Source: an uncultured Coriobacteriia bacterium (lineage in GTDB: Bacteria; Actinomycetota; Coriobacteriia; Anaerosomatales; CAVYJL01). Taken from it: a DNA stretch of 64,000 nucleotides. This document shows, in pieces, positions 57,822-64,000 of this stretch. Both the position numbers and the translations under genes were made by a program. A model generated the notes under the pieces. The model did not search any database. It was given only the letters and a program-made list of their open reading frames with translations, and was not told where the DNA came from. Numbering within the stretch: the first letter of the stretch is position 1; every line of letters starts with the position of its first letter. The stretch lies in NCBI GenBank assembly GCA_963768865.1, contig CAVYJL010000002.1, positions 258,567 to 322,566 on the forward strand, written 5' to 3'.

Positions 57822-58827
57822 TTGTTCTCGCTGTTCTCAGCTCTCGCAACGAAGCCCAAGAGCGCGCCGCCGGCACCGGACTACACCGACGCCGTGGTCG
57901 TGAAGGGCCTCGCCAAGCACTTCGGCGACTTCCACGCCGTGGACGGCATCGACTTCTCGGTCCACAAAGGCGAGATCTTCGGCTTCCTGGGCCCCAACGG
58001 CTCCGGCAAGACCACGACTATCCGCATGCTGTGCGGCGTCATCGATCCCACCGGTGGAGACGTCGAGGTCCTCGGCTACGACGTCGCCACGCAGGCCGAG
58101 ACCGTCAAGGAGCGCATCGGCTACATGAGCCAGAAGTTCTCCCTGTTCGAAGAGCTCACCGTGGACCAGAACCTCAAGTTCTACGCCGGCATCTACGGAC
58201 TGGACGAGGCTCAAGTTCGCCGAGCGCAGGGCCTACGTCCTGCGCATGGCCGACCTCGAGGGCCGCGAGGACGAGCTCACCAAGAACCTGTCCGTGGGCT
58301 GGAAGCAGCGCCTCGCGCTCGGTTGCGCGACGATCCACGAGCCTGAGCTGCTCTTCCTCGACGAGCCCACGAGCGGCGTCGACCCCATCGCCCGGCGTCA
58401 GTTCTGGGAGCTGCTCTACGAGCTGTCCGCGAACGGCGTCACGCTCTTCGTGACCACCCACTACATGGATGAGGCCGCCCACTGCAACCGGCTGGCGTTC
58501 ATGTACCGCGGCCGTCTCATCGCCGAAGGCAGCCCCCAGGTCGTTCGCGAGCTCATGACCGACACGGTGCTCGCGATGTCCGTGGACGTTCCGGACGACG
58601 CGCTCGAAGTCCTAGAAGGCATGGAGGACGTCAAGGAGGCGTACCTCCACGGCCCGCTCGTGCACTTCAACATCGGGCAGCTCGATCCCGAAGACATCGA
58701 TGTCCGCCGCCGGCTCGAGGAGCGAGGCCTTCACGTGGGCGAGATGGCGCCGGTGCTGCCCAGCCTGGAGGACGTCTTCGTGCACCTCGTGAGCGCGCAG
58801 CAGGCACAGGCCGCCCAGGACTCCTAG
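57822..58827 (+). CDS. ABC-2-type transporter ATP-binding protein (second copy), one frame break near 58215
   Basis: Walker A GPNGSGKTT. After YGLDE it continues in the +1 frame: MADLEGREDELTKNLSVGWKQRLALGCATIHEPELLFLDEPTSGVDP. Confidence 0.88.
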
Positions 58828-58955
58828 GCGGGGCACGGACCGGCGCGACGCAGGGGCGACGCCCACGGGGGCCTCAGGCTGCGGGGCACGCCACCTCGGG
58901 TATGCTCTGACCGCCAGGCACGTGAGGCACGCGATCCGGCCGAGGAGGGGAGCCC

Positions 58956-59669
58956 GTGGCTGACCAAGGCGCCGACTCGAACAGCACGCAGGTCGCCGGC
59001 GCAGTCTTCCGCCCGTGGTGCGTGCCCACCGCCGAGGAATCCCGTTGGTGGGCGTACGCCGCGATGGCAGTGGTGGTCGCGGGCCAGTGGTGGGTCTCGA
59101 ACACCCTTCGGTTGCAGTTCGTGCCCGTATGGCTGCTGCCCGGGGTCGCCGCGCTCCTGCTCATCATCTCGGTGGGCATCTATTTGCCCACGAAGATCAA
59201 CCCGACCCGCACGCTTCGCTACTTGGCGCTATCCCTGGTCACAGTGGTCGTAATCGCCAACGCGGCCAGTCTCGTGCTGCTCGTGCGCGACGTGTTCTTC
59301 GGCTCGGCACTGGGTCCCGTGGACCTGCTTCTCGTCGGCCTCGTCCTGTGGCTCGTGAACATGACCAACTTCTCCATCCTGTACTGGGAGCTGGACTCGG
59401 GAGGCCCTGCCGCCCGCGCCGACGGGTTCGAGGGCTATCCCGACTTCCTGTTCATGCAGCAGCAGCAGCGTGGCTGGGCGGCGGACGACTGGAAGCCGAG
59501 GTTCGCGGACTACGTCTACGTCTCCCTCACCTGCGCCATCGCGTTCTCTCCCACGGACACCATGCCGCTGTCCCGGCCCGCCAAGCTGGCGATGGGTGCC
59601 GAAAGCGTGCTGTCCTTCGCGATCCTCGCCGTCCTGGTCGCGCGGGCGGTGAACATCGCCCGAGGCTAG
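58956..59669 (+). CDS. Integral membrane protein, DUF1345-like
   Basis: 237 aa with ~6 TM segments. C-terminal FADYVYVSLTCAIAFSPTDTMPLSRPAKLAMGAESVLSFAILAVLVARAVN resembles the DUF1345 signature as I remember it. Confidence 0.55.
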   Translation: MADQGADSNSTQVAGAVFRPWCVPTAEESRWWAYAAMAVVVAGQWWVSNTLRLQFVPVWLLPGVAALLLIISVGIYLPTKINPTRTLRYLALSLVTVVVIANAASLVLLVRDVFFGSALGPVDLLLVGLVLWLVNMTNFSILYWELDSGGPAARADGFEGYPDFLFMQQQQRGWAADDWKPRFADYVYVSLTCAIAFSPTDTMPLSRPAKLAMGAESVLSFAILAVLVARAVNIARG

Positions 59670-59725
59670 GGGCGGGCGGGCCTGGGAGTGTCATGACGGC
59701 AAAGCATCAGTCGGAAGGAGCCGTC

Positions 59726-60100
59726 ATGGCCGACAACGTCGTGGTCTGGGCAGACATCCCCGCCACCGACCTGCAGCGCGCCGTCGAGTTCTACGCCCAC
59801 GTCACGGGACGGTCGGTGGACCAGTTCCCGGGCATGGAGGGGGTCGCAGTGATCACCGGCGATCCGGACGTCATGGTAGTGAGCGCCGACATCTACGAGG
59901 GCGGCAAGCCCAGCATCGACGGCGCGACCATCTACTTGGGGACCGGGGGCGATATCGCCGGCATGCTCGAGCGCGTCTCGGAGGCAGGTGGCGAGATCGT
60001 CCAGGAGCCTCAGTTCATGGGGGACATGGTGGGGACGGTCGCGTTCTTCAAGGACTCGGAAGGTAATCGCGTCGGTCTACAGCAGCCAGGCCGGCTCTGA
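59726..60100 (+). CDS. VOC (glyoxalase/bleomycin-resistance fold) family protein
   Basis: 124 aa. WADIPATDLQRAVEFYAHVTG...VAFFKDSEGNRVGLQQ. ATG after ggaaggag. Confidence 0.75.
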   Translation: MADNVVVWADIPATDLQRAVEFYAHVTGRSVDQFPGMEGVAVITGDPDVMVVSADIYEGGKPSIDGATIYLGTGGDIAGMLERVSEAGGEIVQEPQFMGDMVGTVAFFKDSEGNRVGLQQPGRL

Positions 60101-60163
60101 ACCTAGCGTTCATCGCGCGACCCCGCCGCTCACCCAGCGGCGAACCGTTCGCACCCCCATAAG

Positions 60164-60221
60164 CGACCGTCGGTCGTCTTCGCGCACTTCGAAGGCCACA
60201 CTGGCCACCGACCGACGGTCG
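60164..60221 (+). other. 13-bp perfect inverted repeat (cgaccgtcggtcg ... cgaccgacggtcg) separated by 32 nt, upstream of the hydrogenase operon
   Basis: Arms at 60164-60176 and 60209-60221. The spacer contains a smaller ggcc-acact-ggcc hairpin. Confidence 0.6.
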
Positions 60222-60314
60222 TGAATCGGTCTGAACCACTGTCATCGCGGGCATTTTCTTCCTAATTGTGTCTAGACGTGCGCCGTTGCGCGCGTCCGGG
60301 GAGGAGGTGGGTGC

Positions 60315-61489
60315 ATGCTTGAAGTGCAGTCCACGGATCGGGAGGAGAGCGTCTTCAAGGGGCTATCGCGCAGGGACTTCCTGAAGTACTGCACGTACCT
60401 GACCGCTCTCATCGGGCTTGATGCGACGGCTGTGCCTCAAGTGGCCGAGGCTCTAGAGAACGCCGCCAAGCTGCCCATCGTGGTGTGGAGCCAGTTCCAG
60501 GAGTGCACGGGTTGCGCCGTCGCGCTCTTGCAGAACACCGCACCCGACCCCGGTCAACTCATCCTGCAACAGATCTCACTCGCATATCTGGAGACCGCCA
60601 TGGCCACGGCTGGGGCCTACAACGCCGCGGGCCAGAACTACACCGAGCTGAATTTCAATGAGGCGTTCAAGCAAGGCGCGGTGTGGATCATCGAGGGATC
60701 GGTGGCCACGAAGATCCCGAACGCTATGACCGTCGCCGGCAAGGCTTCGACGGACATCGTCAAGGAGAACTACGCCAAGGCCAAGGCCGTCATCGCCATC
60801 GGCCAGTGCGCCTGCTACGGCAACGTGCAGGCCGCCACCCCGAACCCCACCGGGGCCATGGGGATCGGCGACTATCTGCGCAAGGAGGGGGGCGTCCCGG
60901 ACGCGAAGGTCGTGAACATCGCGCGGTGTCCGGGCAACGGCGAGGACCTGCTCGCCGCCATCACCTACATCCTCGTGCAGGGTGCGCTGCCGCCGCTGGA
61001 CGACCTGGGCAGGCCGCTGTTCCTCTATGGCCAGACGATCCACGACAACTGCGAGCGTCGCGGCCACTTCGATGCCGGCGAGTTCGTGGAGCAGTACGGC
61101 GACGCCAACAGCGCCAAGGGCTACTGCCTCTACAAGGTCGGGTGCAAGGGCCCGGTGACCAACGCTCCATGCGGAGTGAACCGCTGGAACGGACGGGTCT
61201 CGTGGTGCAACGCATCCGGCGGGCCGTGCACCGGCTGCGCCGAGCCCAACTTCTGGGACGACTTCACGCCGTTCGGACAAGAGTCCCCGGCTGGTCGTTC
61301 CCGGGCCTCGCCGGAGTCCCTCCGGCAACCGTGGGCTGGGCCCTCGCCGGCGCGACCGTCGTGGGCTTGGGAGCGCACCTCATCGGCCAGGTGGCGACGG
61401 GGCGCGCCTTCAAGGGCGGCCAGGTGGTCACCACCGACGTCCCCGATGACGCGGACAAGAGCGGCACGACGAAGGGCGGTGGTGCGTAA
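60315..61489 (+). CDS. [NiFe(Se)] hydrogenase small subunit, Tat-exported, C-terminal membrane anchor, one frame break near 61270
   Basis: Twin-arginine signal SRRDFLKY. Proximal cluster CTGC. GYCLYKVGCKGPVTNAPCGVNRWNGRVSWCNASGGPCTGCAEPNFWD. The tail VPGWSFPGLAGVPPATVGWALAGATVVGLGAHLIG is in ORF 60683-61489. Confidence 0.9.
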
Positions 61490-63139
61490 TGGCCAAGCAG
61501 AAGGTCGTGATCGATCCTCTGACTAGGATCGAGGGACATCTCCGCATCACCTGCGCCGTCGAGAACGGCAAGGTCACGGACGCGTGGAACACGTGCACGA
61601 TGTTCCGCGGCTTCGAGATGGTCATGAAGAACCGCAAGCCGGCCGACTGCTGGCACTTCGCGATGCGGATCTGCGGGGTGTGTCCTACGCCCCACGGAGT
61701 GGTCGCCGCCGGTGCCGCCGAGGCCGCAATGGGCCTCACCAAGATCCCGGAGAATGCGGTCCTGCTGCGCAACATGCTGCTTGCGGCGATGCTCGGCTAC
61801 GACCACATCTTGTGGTTCTACCAGCTCAACGCGTTCGACTACGTCAACGTACCGGACACGCTCAACGCCAAGACCACCGATCCGCAGCTCAAGGCGCTGC
61901 AGGATGTGGTCAAGGCCAACGCAACGTCGGGCCAGCCGGGGCTCTTCAGCAACATGTGGTGGAACAACCCGGGCTACAAGCTCACGCCGGAACAGAACCT
62001 GACCTTGACCGCTCACTACCTGGCCTCGATCGAGGCCCAGCAGTGGGCCAACCAAGCGTCTGCGATGTTGGCCGGCAAGTTCCCGCACGTCATGACGCTG
62101 GCTGCCGGCGGGATGACCACCCAGCCCACCATCGAGCAGATCATGTACTACCAGGACTACATGATGAAGGTGAAGGAGTTCGTGGACGTCACGCTCTGGA
62201 ACGACCTTCTCGCTGTGGCTCCTGCGTACCTGGATCTGGCGACGTACGGGCAGGGCGTGGGCAACTTCCTCACGTGGGGCAACTTCGACGACCCCAAGAC
62301 CCAGACCATGGACACGAGGCTCTTCCCGCCCGGCATCATCTTCAACAAGGACTTCACGGCACCGGCCAAGGCCGACCCGACCAAGGTCAAGATGTACACG
62401 GACAGCTCCTGGTATCCCACGGATCTCGGCGCCGGAAAGCCCCCGATCCAGGTGGGTCAGGATCCGCAGCAGTTCACGCAGCTTCCGTCCATCACGGGGC
62501 CCGACTTCCCCAGCGGCAAGTACGACTGGACGCAGACGGCCAACTATCCCGATCCTCGGGCAAGCCGGTGCCCATGGAAGTGGGTCCGCTCGCCGAGGTG
62601 CTGGTCGCCTACGTCAAGAAGGAGCCGCAAACGGTCACGCTCGTGGACCAGGTGCTGGCCGCGGTAGGCCAGAAGGGCAATCCCGCGGTGCTCGTGAGCA
62701 ACCTGGGCAGGATCGCAGCGCGCGTCATCCACGCTCGCGCGAACGCCGCCTACGCGCTCAAGTGGTCAGACGAGCTTCTGGCCAACGTCAAGGCCGGCAA
62801 CACGACCGTCTACGAGCCTCCGCCCAATACGAGCGGAGACGGGCCGGCTTCGCAACGCAGGACGCCCCTCGGGGCGCGCTTGCGCACTACTGCGAGATGA
62901 AGGGCGGCATGACCTCGGCATGGTCCGCGGTACCCCCGTCCAACTGGAACCTCGCGCCGCGCAACGCGTCGGGCGCTAGGGGCCCCGTGGAGCAGGCACT
63001 CGTAGGGACGCCGGTCGCCAACGTGAACGAACCGCTGGAGATCGTGCGGACCGTCCATACCTTCGATCCTTGAATGGGCTGCGCGGTTCACGTGATTGAA
63101 CCAGAGCACAACCGCATCCTAGAGTTCAAGGTCCGCTAG
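61489..63139 (+). CDS. [NiFeSe] hydrogenase large subunit. In-frame TGA (63071-63073) read as selenocysteine. Two frame breaks (~62550, ~62842).
   Basis: N-terminal Ni motif RICGVCPTPH. APRGALAHY. C-terminal ...EIVRTVHTFDP-TGA-MGCAVH-VIEPEHNRILEFKVR-TAG matches DP(C/U)xxCxxH plus the cleavable extension. The ATG overlaps the small-subunit TAA. Confidence 0.88.
63085..63102 (+). promoter_or_regulatory. Candidate bacterial SECIS hairpin
   Basis: ggttca-cgtgat-tgaacc: 6-bp stem with a 6-nt loop containing GU, starting 11 nt after the TGA. An alternative outer pairing is gcggtt (63083-63088) with aaccgc (63110-63115). Confidence 0.5.
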
Positions 63140-63155
63140 AAGGGGGTGTTCGTAG

Positions 63156-63836
63156 ATGGCTGAAGCGTTCACCGTCGAAGAGCATCCACTGACAGCGGTG
63201 GTCCTGCATTGGGTGCACCTCGTCAGCTTCCTGTCGCTCGCGGTGACCGGTCTGCTCATCTGGGCGGCGCCGGTGGGATGGAACATCGCGGCTGCTCGCA
63301 ACTTCCACTTCGTGATGATGTTCGTCTTCGTCCTCACGACCATAGTGAGGATCTACTGGGCGTTCCTGGGCCGAGGCTCGGCGGACACCGGCAAGACGAC
63401 CCTCGTGCGCGACTACAAGCATTTCGCGCCGGAGGCAGCCAACAAGGGGCTGTTCATCGAGTGGATCAAGTACTACTTGTTCGTCCGGAAGTCCAAGCCG
63501 CCGGTGCCCAAGTACGGCACGCTGCAGAAGATGACCTACGGCATCCTGTTCCCCGTGAGCATCTTGCTCATGGCGCTCACAGGCTTCGCGATGTGGTCCA
63601 ACACCGCCGCCGCGATGATGTGGTTCACCAACCTGCTGGGCGGTCTTGACACCGTGCGCATGTGGCACCTGTTCCTGTGCTGGATCATGCTCATCTTCGT
63701 GGCGATCCACGTCTACTTGGTGGTCTTCGAAGAGCCGGTCCAGCTGTACTCGATGCTCTTCCATGTGATGCCGGAGAAGTACCGGCCGCGCTCCATGCGT
63801 GGAGTGAAGGGTGCTGCGGAGGCAGCCAAGGACTGA
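63156..63836 (+). CDS. Ni/Fe-hydrogenase b-type cytochrome subunit
   Basis: 226 aa with 4 TM segments and conserved His positions (HWVHLVSF, HFVMMF, IHVYLV). Position directly after the large subunit. Confidence 0.85.
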   Translation: MAEAFTVEEHPLTAVVLHWVHLVSFLSLAVTGLLIWAAPVGWNIAAARNFHFVMMFVFVLTTIVRIYWAFLGRGSADTGKTTLVRDYKHFAPEAANKGLFIEWIKYYLFVRKSKPPVPKYGTLQKMTYGILFPVSILLMALTGFAMWSNTAAAMMWFTNLLGGLDTVRMWHLFLCWIMLIFVAIHVYLVVFEEPVQLYSMLFHVMPEKYRPRSMRGVKGAAEAAKD

Positions 63837-64000
63837 TGCCGAGGATCAGCATCATCGGCATAGGCAACACGCTCAGAGCCGACGACGGCGTCGGCGTCCG
63901 GGTGGCGGAGGAGCTCTCCTCCCGCGACCTGGGCGCCGGCGTCGACGTCGTGAGCGGTGAGCTCGCAGGCATGTTGCTCGCGCCGTACTTCATCAACAGC
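63836..64000 (+). CDS. Hydrogenase maturation endopeptidase (HyaD/HybD family), N-terminal 55 aa (3' end outside window)
   Basis: MPRISIIGIGNTLRADDGVGVRVAEEL. The ATG overlaps the cytochrome b TGA. Confidence 0.8.
   Translation, partial: MPRISIIGIGNTLRADDGVGVRVAEELSSRDLGAGVDVVSGELAGMLLAPYFINS

Overview
High-GC chromosomal segment. Hand counts on individual 60-nt lines give about 67-75% G+C over most of the window. It comes from a Gram-positive-type, probably anaerobic bacterium, either Actinomycetota-like or a high-GC Firmicute; I cannot resolve which without a database search. All ~54 genes I can support lie on the + strand. The long minus-strand ORFs are antisense GC artefacts.

Gene order:
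- 3' part of the ATP synthase operon (atpA', atpG, atpD, atpC), a polysaccharide deacetylase, murA, fabZ.
- A cell-wall glycopolymer locus: a five-gene WbpA/B/D/E/I-type pathway, DUF354, an LCP ligase, a Wzy-like polymerase bracketed by two paralogous small proteins, and a GT4 glycosyltransferase.
- punA-ahcY-mtnA, an AEC transporter, comF, cfa.
- A polar amino-acid ABC transporter and hpf.
- A methyltransferase / membrane protein / ANL-ligase trio.
- A 7TM-GAF-HD-GYP protein and an unknown 237-aa protein.
- A ~6 kb lower-GC segment with two HD-GYP-type membrane proteins and a STAND-TPR-SARP regulator.
- secA, prfB, yitT and a 7TM-PAS-GGDEF cyclase.
- A MarR plus YbhGFSR-like ABC-2 efflux operon, DUF1345 and a VOC protein.
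- A membrane-bound hydrogenase operon that runs off the 3' end.

Most notable observations:
1. The hydrogenase large subunit has an in-frame TGA exactly at the first Cys of the C-terminal DPCxxCxxH nickel motif, with a hairpin 11 nt downstream. This marks it as a [NiFeSe] selenoenzyme.
2. TAG ends 34 of 54 genes, which is unusual for any bacterium I know of.
3. RF2 carries SPT instead of the conserved SPF tripeptide.
4. There are about 42 reading-frame breaks, about 26 of them packed into the 7 kb glycopolymer locus and mostly in the +1 direction. This is either assembly indels or real decay.
5. The lower-GC segment pairs an active HD-GYP with a degenerate one and sits next to an inverted-architecture SARP regulator.

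I saw no rRNA, tRNA, CRISPR array, transposase or integrase.
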